DNA of 64,000 nucleotides from Balanoglossus misakiensis. Taxonomy: Eukaryota > Animalia > Hemichordata. A program made the translations under genes and the position numbers. Where the stretch lies: positions 18,213,028 to 18,277,027 of the forward strand of contig CM082576.2 of NCBI GenBank assembly GCA_040954595.2. Direction: 5' to 3'. This document shows, one piece after another, positions 1 to 13,186 of this stretch; the first letter of the stretch is position 1, and the number at the start of each line of letters is the position of its first letter. The notes beneath the pieces were generated by a model that saw only the letters and a program-made list of their open reading frames with translations, was not told the DNA's origin and searched no databases.

Positions 1-708
1 GTGTTACAGCCAAACAATTAAATAACACCATTATAACAAAATTAACGAAACTCACCCCAGGGCTATCACTAATTTGAAGGGATGCTGATCCAGAGTTAAT
101 GGTTCATTGGGGAGTCTAACAGTGTTTTGAAATGTCACATTGTAATTTGAAAGTTTAGGCTTGGGTAGTGACAATGTTATTACATTATTGTGTACAAAAT
201 TTGAATGGAGCTCTATGAAAAGAGAAAAGTGGTGTGTGGAAAAAATCAGTCTCTGTGCTAATATCAAGTGCCTTCATTCGACTCTCAAGGAAAGTTTGGT
301 AAAACAATTAACTTTTTCTGTGTCAGCATTATTGGGAAAGATTAAGCCCACACATGTATTCAATTTAGATAAAAATGGAAAATTACCATCAGCCTTTTTT
401 CTTAGCACCCAATTCCCTGTGTAGACATCCAACTTTCCAGCAGGAAACAATGGATTTGGACCGAACCATTCGTTCACTTGAATATATATGTAATATCTGT
501 ATGTATGTAACAACTGTATTCTTTGCAGTCATCATTTAATCATTTATTCATGAGAACACCTTTCTAGTAATGATAGAACTTACAGTCTATTTGATGATCT
601 CAATTATATGCAAACCACCAGGATGTTTCATTTGACTAATGAACTCAAGGTAATGCGCCACCATAGTGTAGATTGCTGATATAAAAGGACACCATGCATA
701 TGCTTAGT

Positions 709-1027
709 CAGTTCACCTCTGTATCCAGACCGGCCACATGTATGAACTGAAGATGTCTATGTTCAATTTCAGGTTAGTTTTCCTTGTACTTTACCTGTAG
801 CTTGAAGCATTTTTATATAGGTGCATTCTACTGGCTCATTTTAGCACAAGTAATTGGTGTCTGAACTTGCGTCAAGTCTTCAATTGTACTTCTGTATTTT
901 TCACTTGCATGAATTTTTGTGTATTCTCCTGTAGGTGAACTCCCATACATGTGTGTAATTTAGCAGTTCACCTGTGTAGCCAGACCGGCCACACATATGA
1001 ACTGATGATGTCCCTGTTCAATTTCAG
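709..1027 (+). repeat. 64-bp direct repeat, two copies (709-772, 964-1027)
   Basis: cagttcacct(c/g)tgta(t/g)ccagaccggccaca..tatgaactga.gatgtc..tgttcaatttcag occurs twice, 255 bp apart. Confidence 0.8.
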
Positions 1028-2139
1028 TTAAGAAATGTCATAGGCCTATGTCTTGTGAAACCTTTAAACAATTTTGGTGTGTTTTGTGGTGAACGGCGAC
1101 ACCCGTGACAAGTATGTTAGAATCAAACTATTAGATGCATGTGAAGAAATATAGTCTGTTATAAGGAAGTGACTGGAGTGAAGGAGACCTCGTACGACGA
1201 AAAGTACTTTAATAGACTCGAAATGCACTCAAATTACAATCGAGATATAATGCATTTATATATGCTTAAAAAGGTAAATTAATGAATGGTGTCAACAAAA
1301 TAAACGTTCATGATACATTTAGATCATTTTCTCGTCCAGCTAGGGGGTTCAACGTCAAAAGGAAAGTTTACTATTCAAATGCAAATAAAGTCATTAAAGA
1401 GTCCTAATCTCTTCTATCCAGTGACCATAGTAGCCAAACAATTAAAATCACATGTTTTTAATATCAATATTCACATACATTGCTTTTTACTTTTCTTGAA
1501 TTTCCTAACATTTTTTTATTTTAACAAAAACAAGAGCCTTTCATGACCACTTATTGACTTTCGAAAATATTTCATGTAATCAGCCATTCATTTTATGTGT
1601 GTGTGAAGAATGACCCTCTGAGGCTGTTGAATCATGTATAGTGCTGAAGGGGAGGGGGGGGGGGGACACCATTCCTCAATTTTGTTGATTTTGCATAAGA
1701 TGCTAAGTTGGTATTTTCCACATATTGCTTTTTGTACTGAGAATTACTTAGTTCTTAAGAAGAGCTTTTGACTAACATTTCATTGTATTTACAAGACTGC
1801 CAGAGTATGTAAATATTATATGCAGCATTAGGAAGGAATATCTTTGATATTTTTATTCCAACAATTTTCCTATCATGATAAATAAGTAGACAGATATATC
1901 ATGTTAGGATTTTTGCATACTTAAAATAAATATTCTGATAAAATGAGTGCTTTTGTCTGTCTCTTTAATTTCAGGTGAGGATAAGTATTTGTTGTTGCTT
2001 TTCCTGCACAGATTCCAATCAGAAGGCAATTGTGATGACCAGTATGTTCTGTCTAATTGAAGTTTGAGTTTTCTTAGGACCTGAATATCGCTCTAACAAA
2101 TGGTTTGCTTTCAGATGTGGAGTTAAGCGCTGGTGATAG

Positions 2140-2770
2140 TTTTGGCTATTCTGTTCTCTCACTTTGGCTGTTCTGTTCTCTGTTTTTGTCTGATCTCGGA
2201 CACATTAGCTGAAAACTACTGGTCAGATTTCTTTGAAAATTGGTATGCATATATCTTCTGCCAACATCACAGAGCTCTATAAGTTTTGACCTTATATCGT
2301 GAATTTTCTACTTTTTATGACTTTTGTCATTTTTTCCACATCTTCTATGAAAGTGATTGGTCGATTTCTCTAAAAAAATTCAGTATAAAGCTTCCTATAG
2401 GTGATCTTTGTTTTTTTTTTTTCAAATTGTTGCTAAGTTTGCGTATTTGTAATTATGGGCCAAATTTTGCAATTTTTGGTCAAAAATCGTTTTCTCGGAA
2501 ATCGCTTGTCAGATTGCTTTGAAAATTGGTAGGCATGTTTTCAGGGTTAAGCAATTGTGAGTTGTGTTAAAATTTTGCTGAAATGTGCATATTTATGTTC
2601 TTGAGGTAGGGCCTAACTGTTGCAATTTTTCGTCAGAAGTTTTTGTCCTTGAAACCACTTGTTAGATTGCTTTGAACTTCGGTAAGCATGTTCCTTATAT
2701 TGTACAATTTTGGTGATGTTTGAATATTTGAGTTTGGCAGTTTTGGGACAGTTTTTTGAAATTAGGTCAT
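2140..2770 (+). repeat. Degenerate tandem core repeats of a Helentron/HINE-like non-autonomous element
   Basis: Recurrent motifs 'cagattgctttgaaa(a)ttggtaggcatgtt', 'tgcatatttatg', 'ttgcaatttttggtcaaaa', 'aaaactactggtcagatttc'; the same motifs resume at 5830-6300. Family assignment is by resemblance only. Confidence 0.5.
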
Positions 2771-3774
2771 ATCAGCTCGTGTGGTATTAGGTCAATAACA
2801 ACAAATTAAGTCCAAACGTTGGCCACGCTTCCTACTGTAATATAGCACAAGTATGAAAAAACGACCAGTTTGTGTTACGTTACCTGCTTTCATTGAGAGC
2901 AGCGCCCGCAAGTGAGTTTTTTTAGAAAATTTGATCAAATTCATGATGAATCGAATTGAATCGACGTTTATTCCAACTGGGAGCACTTTATAGACTACAA
3001 AGTTGTTTTGTTAGATGGGTAAAATTTAAGACCACTCGACCAATGCAGAGCGAAGTTGTCAAAATCGACGAAACAAAGCGAGAAAATGGCAATTTGCGCT
3101 GTCGACATATTTCTTCTCCTGCCTCGAATTATCAATCCCATGGAACCCCCCCCCCCCCCCCCGGCGCGCCTGAAAAAAATATATATCAATCAGGGATCAT
3201 CATAAAACTCGACTATGAATCGGACATGAAATCAAACTCGACGATGGAAAAGCAGCCGATTCCGAGATAAACGCATCCCGATAGGATGAGAACTCCGCCA
3301 TGTGACTTCATCTAATTTCTCTGCAAACATGGAGGGGTTGTACGTTGGTAATGTGTTTACAAAGCAAAGTTAAGACATAAGTCCGAACATGACCGTGGTC
3401 CGAAGCTTGGACACTCTTATCAAACAGAGCAGTACAGTGTGTGGAGACATCGCCCGTAAGACACACCACCGGCCCTGCCACACTGAGCTGCAATATGCTC
3501 TTGGCTCGTAGCCGTCCCAGTCGGTAACAAGTCGTTACGGCACTTATTCTTATCGGTTCGGCCTTTAATGTACGCGACCCCGGCCGTTTCGTCCTAGCTG
3601 CAAACCGATTCTTCAATTTGCAGTTCAGTAAAGTTGGCGAACGGGATAGTCTGTTAACGGAAAACGCAGGCCTATACACAGTGCTGGCGAACGGGACAAA
3701 AGGCCACAATAAAAGCGAGCGTGTTGTCAGATCAGTGGGACTATCATAACACGAATACATAACATGTGGAAGGG

Positions 3775-4276
3775 CTAGGCCTAATTTTCTCCTGAGAAAG
3801 TTCAATTCGTGTTCTGTCGATGTGAAATTGCGTTTATTTAATGCTTTTTGTAATAACATTTATGACTTTCATTTATGGTGCGATTATAATATCCGGAATA
3901 TCATCGTATGTCACAACAATGCACTTCAAAGACTTCTTGGTCACCCGGACACGAAAGTGCCTCTAAAATATTTGTTCTAAACGCCGTAAACTGCTTCTCC
4001 GTCATGAGAAGAAAAGTCGCTTTTAATTTTTCTGTTCGTCTCTGTACTAGTCCCAATGTTTTGATCAATCGTCTTGTCTCATGAGATATGCGCTTTTATG
4101 GACTACATACCCACTGGATTGACATTTTACATTGATTCTTAAAACTATTATATTTTTTACATTTATTTTATTTATTACTTTTCTAGTGTTTTTGTCAGTT
4201 TTTGTAACCTATTTCTATGGACGGTTGTGTCTGAAATAAAGATAAATAATAATCATAATAATAATAAAATAATAAT
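3775..4276 (+). mobile_element. 5'-truncated non-LTR retrotransposon (LINE): ORF2 C-terminus, 3' UTR and (ATA)n tail
   Basis: Manual translation gives NFLLRKFNSCSVDVKLRLFNAFCNNIYDFHLWCDY...IVCHNNALQRLLGHP, frameshift near 3950, then ESASKIFVLNAVNCFSVMRRKVAFNFSVRLCTSPNVLI, ending at tga 4133-4135. This matches the post-RT C-terminal pattern of AP-endonuclease LINEs (RTE-X/Proto2-like; clade uncertain). It is followed by aataaa and a taa-repeat tail at 4236-4276. Confidence 0.75.
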
Positions 4277-5829
4277 TACGATCCCGAGATTACGATAAGC
4301 ATAGGGACATTATAACGAGCCAACGTGAAACTGACATGGAAACGATCGACAGTACGGTAGAGCACAGTGACTGCTGGTAGAGCGAGCGTGTTGCTGTGCG
4401 GGAGGCATTTACCATGTTTGTTTACAACACACACCGACATGACCTGTGGCCGCAGTTGCAGCCTCCTAAGCGACCTAACCCAAGCAGTTTACGATCTCGG
4501 GTATCGTGGTCTGACTGACCAAAATGACACAAAAAGAGAAACACATTAGGAAGTATTATAGCTCTGTTTCCTCGAAGTCGAATAAGTGTTCACAACACAA
4601 GGCACATCAAACCCGTTGCTCAGACATCGGAAGTTTGCAGTTCGCTTGCCTGGTTTGAAATGCGTGGCTGTGGTAGAAATTACCCACTGTGCCCCCCCCC
4701 CCCGATTTTATTGTGTAGATAATGAGGCACTCACACTCAAAAAGCAAATGAGATATTCTTTCGAATGCGAGCATGTTCCAGAGCGTTCTAAAGAAATAAA
4801 ATATGCAGCTGTAGCATGTATGCATATTCATTAGTGTGTCGTAATGCTAACTTTGGTCTGTGATTGGGTAACACGTTCTACTCACCATAACAACAGGTGA
4901 TCATTGATCCGTTTCCGGTGTGCGACGCCGGGTTTCGACCACTTTCCTTCTACTTGCCGCGGGATCAAGACGTCTTTTCGGTAGGCTCATAATCGAATCA
5001 TTGCTTTTAGTACAATAGCCTATTTAGCTATGTTACCGTCACTCGATTGTTTTGTCTGGTATTGGGTGACTTGCAGCTATCCGTACAACACCTTGTAGTT
5101 GAACAGAAGTAGGTTTAATTCCAGAAACAATTCCGAGCTACGGGCGTGCAGCTAGCCTCTCGGCTATTCTGGGTATGGCTGCGCTGGCTCCCGAATCAGG
5201 AGACCAGGAAGTCATAATCGAGAAAGTCTAGTCATATTTATAGGGTTATATTTTGTGAGAATTTTATTGCTAGGCCTCTTGCCTAAGCGCACGTAGGGCC
5301 AGTTTGTGAGATTGAAAAGGATGGCAGCGCTGCAGGATGTTTAGTGTCAAAATAGTCGACCATACTGTCGAACGGTTGTGGCAAAATGGCACGTCACTGT
5401 GGCGACATAAGGTACGGGTAGAACGTTTTTCTCTGGAAAGTCTCTTTGCTGGTGGACGGAACGATAGTTCCATACGTATAGTCTTTGTTTAGCGGAAGGT
5501 CAGGAAACCACGGTATTTTTCCATACATAATTCCATACGTTCTTTGAGGTTTTTATATGAGTCACCTCGGTGTTTGCAGGTGTTTTTTTTTTAATTTTAC
5601 GGTTTAAATGTGGTTGGTGTATTTTCGCTTTTCTGGTGAGATTTCCACCTCTCCGTTGGCATACTTAAAAAATTATCCTAATTTTTATTGGGAAAACCGA
5701 TAAAACCAAAACCACAACTAAAGAAAATGTCTTAAACATTTTAACTTAGGCATTGTAATCTGTTTGGTGATAACCCTTTTAGCTTTGAGAGATAACCGAT
5801 TTGATGTTTTAGTATAAGCCAATTTTTTG

Positions 5830-6300
5830 ACCAGGGCGACAAGGATTTTTTCTCCTAGAGTCGTGTTGCTTGGAAGCATACTTTTGTATGTGTGGTCCCA
5901 GTTGATGAAAACCTGGTTGATGAAAAATGTGCATATTTATAATTTTGTAGCAATTTTTGCCATTTTTGGTCAAAAATTGTTTCCTCTAAAACCGCTTGTG
6001 AGATTGCTTTCAAATTTGGTAGGCTTGTTCCTTGGGGATAATTAAATGAGATGTTTAAAAAAAATACTTGAAATTTACATATTTGCGTTTTGTGTGTGAA
6101 AGTTGTGGAATTTTTCATCAAAAATTATTTTCTTTCAAACTGCATGTCAGATCGCCTTGAGCTTTGGTAGGCATGTTCCCTGAAGCGATTGAAGTAAGAT
6201 ATTATACAATTTTGGAGAAAATACTGATTTTTCTGAAACTGCATATGGGATTGCTTTGAAATTTGATAGGAATATTCCAATGGGTAACCCAAGTTTTGTC
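5830..6300 (+). repeat. Degenerate HINE-like tandem core repeats (same family as 2140-2770)
   Basis: 'gagattgctttcaaatttggtaggcttgttcc', 'cagatcgccttgagctttggtaggcatgttcc', 'ggattgctttgaaatttgataggaatattcc'. Confidence 0.5.
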
Positions 6301-6792
6301 TGATTGTGTTGATTACCCTATACTGAGACTCACTAAGTACACTATATGTTTATATTACTAGGGAGTTCAGAATCCAATATGGCCACCATTCAAAGTGGGA
6401 CATGCTGTATAATCTGATTGATTTCTAAACTTGTCATATTTTAATTTCTCGGTCTTGCAAATAAAAATAAAATGCCAAAAACTCAGTAACTTTCGTTTCT
6501 TCCCGCTTGTTAACGTCATATGTTGGTGTTGTCCATTACAACGATTATCATCTAAGCGTCCCGAAACACTGATAAGAACTCCAATATAATTAGCCAGAGT
6601 AAACTGAGATTTTTATGCTGAAGTCGGCATATGGTCTTTTTCCTCCTACTGGGAAAGTGGCTAGAGTCAATCAGTGCATAACGGCAGCATTACATGGCAC
6701 TGAATAAATGGCAGGGGTATTTACATCTCTGTATTTTTTCACTTAAACCATTATAAATCTCTAACAGTATATTATAATATTGTGTATGCAAC

Positions 6793-8122
6793 TTGGAGAT
6801 GCGTTTTACTTCAGAGTTGGAAGTATTTTTTAGTAAAGTCTGGGAAGTGACATGTCTTCAAAGTGATTGATGTTATCTGCTAAGAGCTGAATGCCCATGG
6901 GTGTTCTTTCCAAGATTTTACATTTTCTTAGCATTTCATAGACCTGTGTATAATTATAATTTCAGTTATATATTCTAATTTGAGTTTAGGAAGGGTATGC
7001 ATGGAATTAAAGTAATTATTCTGTAATTACCTAACCAAATATGTTGTCTAACTAATGGATATTTTGATTGTCAATTTGCACAGGCAACATTATTGAAGTA
7101 GCATTAAGAGTAGTTGATAATATAGCAGAGCTTCTAACTGGAAAGAAGAGCTTAGTAAATTTATCAGCTCATAATATTCCTTTAACCAATGAACTTTATA
7201 TGAACTTGCACACCTGCGTTAAAGATACAGGGATTAATGTTCAGGAAACCTTACCAGCTCTAGTAAATTTATTTGAGCCAGAAATTGAATTACCAAAAAA
7301 AAATCAGTAATTTCATAAAGACACAGTCAGAAAAGAAACAGAGAAAGCCAGCAAGGAAGGGAGAAAAGTGGAATACATGAACGACACAGTTTGCTTAAAA
7401 TACGTGTGTGTGCTGTAAAAACTGTATGGTGCAACGGCGTCAATTTTTATGATTTATAAGCAGCCAGTCTTTCCATGCATATCATACCAAAATTTAATAT
7501 GAAATTCTTGTTAATGTTAATAGTCTACAAGGATAGTACAGGTAACATGTTGAAATTAAACTATCAAACTTTCTCCACTTTTGATATCCGCTCGACACAG
7601 GCAAGCAAAAGGGCCGATCTGAGACTATGACTTGAATGATGCCAATTTTTGCTGTCCAGAAGTAACTGTATAGCATTTATTTGGTAGTAATATCAGCTTT
7701 ATGATTGCTAAAAATACATCAGAATTTAAATATTTCCACTTACTACAGTGATTGAACTGATTTTCAGCAAATTGCAGTGTATAAACAAATATTGCCATCT
7801 AATGAAATGTCAACCCAATTAAGGCCGCCTATTTGCAATGGTAAAATGCTAGGTTTACCATATTTGAGCGCCTGGGAATTTAAATTATAATCCAGATATC
7901 AAAAACTTAAGTCACTATCTGTATCTGCACATATATTGTAATATAATCTGAAAATTTCGTGAAAATTAGATCAAACATGATCGAGACACAGAAGATCAAA
8001 CATTGCAAATTTTCATATTTTACCATGGTGCCATGCAAAAAATAGAGAGATTTTTTTTACAAGTTTAGATGATCTCCTGTAAAACTGAAAGAAGTAATCT
8101 TCTGTGAATCTTGCATTTTTAT
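6793..8122 (+). repeat. 1.33-kb segment, copy 1 of 3
   Basis: Runs from ttggagatgcgttt to gaatcttgcatttttat; near-identical copies at 8207-9962 and 11823-13186; the same 80-aa ORF starts at 7068, 8474 and 12097. Confidence 0.9.
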
Positions 8123-8206
8123 GTTGGAACCATGCAAACCACTTTGGCCCCTGCAATGCAGCATGTTGCTTTAATTGTCTTCTTCATGGTTGCCATATTG
8201 GATTTT

Positions 8207-9962
8207 TTGGAGATGCGTTTCACTTCAGAGTTTTTTTAGTAAAGTCTTGGAAGTGACATGTCTTCAAAGTGACTGATGTTATCTGCTAAGAGCTAAATGC
8301 CCATGGGTGTTCTTTCCTAGATTTTACATTTTCTTAGCATTTCATAGACCTGTTTATAATTATAATTTCAGTTATATATTCTAATTTGAGTTTAGTTAGA
8401 GTATGCATGGAATTAAAGTAATTATTCTGTAATTACCCAACCAAATATGTTGTCTAACTAATGGATATTTTGATTGTCAATTTGCACAGGCAACATTATT
8501 GAAGTAGCATTGAGAGTAGTTGATAATATAGCAGAGCTTCTAACTGGAAAGAAGAGCTTAGTAAATTTATCAGCTCATAATATTCCTTTAACCAATGAAC
8601 TTTATATGAACTTGCACACCTGCGTTAAAGATACAGGGATTAATGTTCAGGAAACCTTACCAGCTCTAGTACATTTATTTGAACCAGAAGTTGAATTACC
8701 AAAAAAAAATCAGTAATTTCATAAAGACACAGTCAGAAAAGAAATAGACAAAGCCAGCAAGGAAGGGAGAAAAGTGGAATACATGAAAGACACAGTGTGC
8801 TTAAAATACATGTGTGTGCAGTAAAAACTGTATGGTGCAACGGCGTCCATTTTCATGATTTATAGCCAGCCAGTCTTTCCATGCATATCATACCAAAATT
8901 TAATATGAAATTCTTGTTAATGTTAATAGTCTACAAGGATAGTACAGGTAACATGTAGAAATTAAACTATCCAACTTTCTCCACTTTTGATATCCACTCG
9001 ACACAGGCAAGCAAAAGGGCCGATCTGAGACTTTGACTTGAATGATGGCAATTTTTGCTGTTCAGAAGTAACTGTATAAAATGTTTTTGGTAGTAATATC
9101 AGCTTTATGATTGCTAAAATACACAAGACTTTAAATATTTCCACTTACTACAGTGATTGAACTGATTTTCAGCAAATTGCAGTGTATAAAAAAATATTGC
9201 CATCTAATGAAATGTCAACCCAATATGGCCGCCCATTTGCAATGGTAAAATGCTATGTTTACCATATTTGAGCGCCTGGGAATTTAAATTATAATCCAGA
9301 TATCAAAAACTTAAGTCACTATCTGTATCTGCACATATATTGTATTATAATATACCTCATGCTAATACTGTGCCGTGATTCGCCAGAATCCGTCACGTGA
9401 TAGGAAAATAGAATCGACTATGAACCGTTAGGGAAATAGCAGAAAAAATATAAACCGGTCACATGACAAACGTGGTCACGTCAATCAGCGTCGCGTCTGA
9501 CACAATGGCCACCGCTGAAGATGTCGTCTGCCAACCTCAAGAGAAAATTGCATGATTTTCCAAACTGTCAGCATGAGGTTTATTATAAAACACCTATAGC
9601 CTGGCCTATATTCGGGCCATAGCAGCCGTTTTTACCCCCACGTGGCTGTGAGTTACCAGAATCATACGCTATTTCCCTCGGCCAGCGGCCTCGGGAAATA
9701 GCATATGATTCTGGTAACTCACAACCCCTCCGGTGTAATAAACGGCCGCTATGGCCCTCATGGCCAGGCAATAGGTGTTCAATATAATCTGGAAATTTCG
9801 TGAAAATTAGATAAAACATGATTGAGACACGGAACATCAAACATTGCAAATTTTCATATCTTACCATGGTGCCATGCAAAAAATAGAGAGATTTTTTTAC
9901 AAGTTTAGATGATCTCCTGTAAAACTGAAAGAAGTAATCTTCTGTGAATCTTGCATTTTTAT
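8207..9962 (+). repeat. 1.33-kb segment, copy 2 (contains a ~430-bp insertion)
   Basis: Colinear with copy 1 except for the insert at ~9351-9780. Confidence 0.9.
9345..9787. mobile_element. Double-hairpin non-autonomous insertion (resembles Crypton-V-type elements)
   Basis: Absent from sister copies (tgtaatataatctg). IR ttataatatacctcatgct (9345-9363) pairs with agcatgaggtttattataa (9570-9588); a second ~90-bp-arm palindrome spans 9588-9780, centred on ccctcggccagcggcctcggg. Confidence 0.7.
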
Positions 9963-11822
9963 GTTGGAACCATGTTAACCGCTTTGGTCCCTCAAATGCT
10001 GCTTTTAGTAAATGTTTTAATTGTCTTCTTCATGGCGGCCATATTGGATATTTGGATAACCTTTAAAAGTTGACATTTTTTTCAAAAACTACAGGGCCAA
10101 TCAAGTTCTAATTTACTGTGCGGTTCAATGTTTGACAATAATATCATTAGTGGTCATGTGGCTTTGGATTTTTGAAAAAATATCATTAAAACATTTCAAA
10201 AATCTATTTCTAATCAAGTTTTCAAGTAAATTGTGATTGGGTAAACCTTATTGAAGCCAAATTGGATTTTCTGATCTCCAATAAAAGACTAAAATTTCCT
10301 ATTTCTAGCCTGCTCATTGAAACCACACAAATTCTTTTTATGGATATGAGTCACCATATGACCAGAATATATCACAATTATTAGACTACTTTCACATGTT
10401 CTTTGATCAAGTTTTTACAGAACTTGATTAAACAATGTGTTTGCGACTCTCGCATGTCCTTTGATCCAGTAATTCCAGAACTTATTTTATGTGGATATGC
10501 CTCTTGTTAAAAAGCACAGCAGTCATGATTTTGTTCACATGAGTACTGCTGCTGCCAGGAAATAACCAAAATATTTTGCTAATTATGGCAATGACCTTTG
10601 ATCTACTTTTCCATAAGTTGGCATGCACAGCAGATACAGTCTTCAAATTTGGAGGACTGAAACAACTAATGAAGTATTAAACTTTAACACAATAATTTTG
10701 TACATAAGCTATTTCAAGTAAACAAATGGAGCTTACAAGTCTGGTTTTTGTTGGACACTGATCAGTTTAAGATCAAACATTTGTGTCACAATTTTGCGTG
10801 ACCTCTGGCTTACTTTACCATTTCTTGGCATCCACAACAAAACAGCCTTTGCTTTCTGTTGGAACCATGCTAACCGCTTGGGCCTGTCCCATTTCTTCTT
10901 AATGGTGGCCATATTGGATATTCTGATAACCCTTAAAAATTGACATCTTTTCAACAACTACAAGGCAAATCAAGTTCTAATTTACTGTGCGGTTCAATGT
11001 TTGACAACAATATCATTAGTGGTCATGTCACTTTGGTTGCCATATTGGATTTTTGAAAAATCTCATGAAAAATTTCACAAATCTTTTTCTAATCAAGTTT
11101 TCAAGTAAATTGTGATTGGGTAAACCTTATTGAGCCAAATTGGATTTTCTGATCTCCAATAAAAGACTAATATTTCCTATTTCTAGCCTGCTCATTGAAA
11201 CCACACAAATTCTTTTTATGGATATGAGTTACCATATGACCAGAATATATCACAATTATTAGACTACTTTCACATGTTCTTTGATCAAGTTTTTACAGAA
11301 CTTGATTTAAACAATTTATTTGCGACTCTCGCTTGTCCTTTGATCCAGTTATTCCAGAACTTATTTTATGTGGATATGCCTCTTGTTAAAAAGCACAGCA
11401 GTCATGATTTTGTTCACACGAGTACTACTGCTGCCAGGACAAAACCCAAATCTTTTGATAATTTTGGCAATGACCTTTGATCTACTATCCCATGCCTTGG
11501 AATGTACAGCAGATACAGCCTTCAAATTTGGTGGACTGGAACACCTAATGAAGTATTAAACTTTAGCACAATAATTATGTACATAAGCTATTTCAAGTTA
11601 ACCAATAAGGCTTAGAAGTCTGGTTTTTTGTTGGACACTGATCAGTTTGATATCAAATTTTGTTAGCACAATTTTGCATGACCTCTGGCTTACTTTACCA
11701 TTTCTTGGCATCCACAACAGAAACAGAGTTCGCTTTCTTTTGGAACCATGCTTACCACTTTGGTCCCTCCAATGCAGCATGTTGCTTTAATTGTCTTCTT
11801 CATGGTTGCCATATTGGATTTT

Positions 11823-13186
11823 TTGGAGATGCGTTTAACGTCAGAGTTGGAAGTATTTTTAGTAAAGTCTGGGAAGTGACATGTCTTCAAAGTGACTGAT
11901 GTTATCTGCTAAGAGCTGAATGCCCATGGGTGTTCTTTCCTAGATTTTACATTTTCTTAGCATTTTATAGACCTGTGTATAACTATAATTTTAGTTATAT
12001 ATTCTAATTTGAGTTTAGGTCGAGTATGCATGGAATTATAGTTATTATTCTGTAATTACCCAACCAAATATGTTGTCTAACTAATGGATATTTTGATTGT
12101 CAATTTGCACAGGCAACATTATTGAAGTAGCATTGAGAGTAGTTGTTAATATAGCAGAGCTTCTAACTGGAAAGAAGAGCTTAGTAAATTTATCAGCTCA
12201 TAATATTCCTTTAACCAATGAACTTTATATGAACTTGCACACCTGCGTTAAAGATACAGGGATTAATTTTCAGGAAACCTTACCAGCTCTAGTACAATTT
12301 TTTGAGCCAGAAATTGAATTACCCCCCCCCCCCCCCCCCAAAAAAAAAAAAAATAAATAAATAAACAAAAATAGTAATTTTATAAAGACACAGTCAGAAA
12401 AAAAACAGAGAAAGCCAGCAAGGAAGGGAGAAAAGTGGAATACATGAAAGGCACAGTTTGCTTAAAATACGTGTGTATGCAGTAAAACTGTATGGTGCAA
12501 CGGCGTCCATTTTTATGATTTATAGCCAGCCAGTCTTTCCATGCATATCATACCAGAATTTAATATGAAATTCTTGTTAATGTTAATAGTCTACAAGGAT
12601 AGTACAGGTAACATGTAGAAATTAAACTATCCAACTTTCTCCACTTTTGATATCTGCTCGACACAGGCAAGCAAAAGGGCCGATCTGAGACTTTGACTTG
12701 AATGATGGCAATTTTTGCTGTCCAGAAGCAACTGTATAACATTTTTTTGATAGTAATATCAGCTTTATGATTGCTAAAATACACAAGAATTTAAATATTT
12801 CCACTTACTACAGTGATTGAACTGATTTTCGGCAAATTGCAATGTATAAACAAATATTGCCATCTAATGAAATGTCAACCGAATTTGGCCGCCCATTTGC
12901 AATGGTAAAATGCTAGGTTTACCATATTTGAGCGCCTGGGAATTTAAATTATAATCCAGATATCAAAAACATAAGTCACTATCTGTATCTGCACATATAT
13001 TGTAATATAATCTGAAAATTTCGTGAAAATTAGATCAAACATGATTTAGACACGGAACATCAAACATTGCAAATTTTCATATTTTACCATGGTGCCATGC
13101 AAAAAATAGAGAGATTTTTTTTACAAGTTTAGATGATCTCCTGTAAAACTGAAAGAAGTAATCTTCTGTGAATCTTACATTTTTAT
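11823..13186 (+). repeat. 1.33-kb segment, copy 3
   Basis: Colinear with copies 1 and 2; poly-C/poly-A expansion at ~12322-12353; continues into non-repeated sequence after 13186. Confidence 0.9.

Noticed and set aside
1-2140. Short ORFs and splice-like sites at the window start
   Set aside because: No coherent exon chain or protein similarity can be supported from sequence alone.
3308-3859. 183-aa minus-strand ORF
   Set aside because: Non-ATG start, no recognisable motifs, and partly antisense to the LINE remnant.
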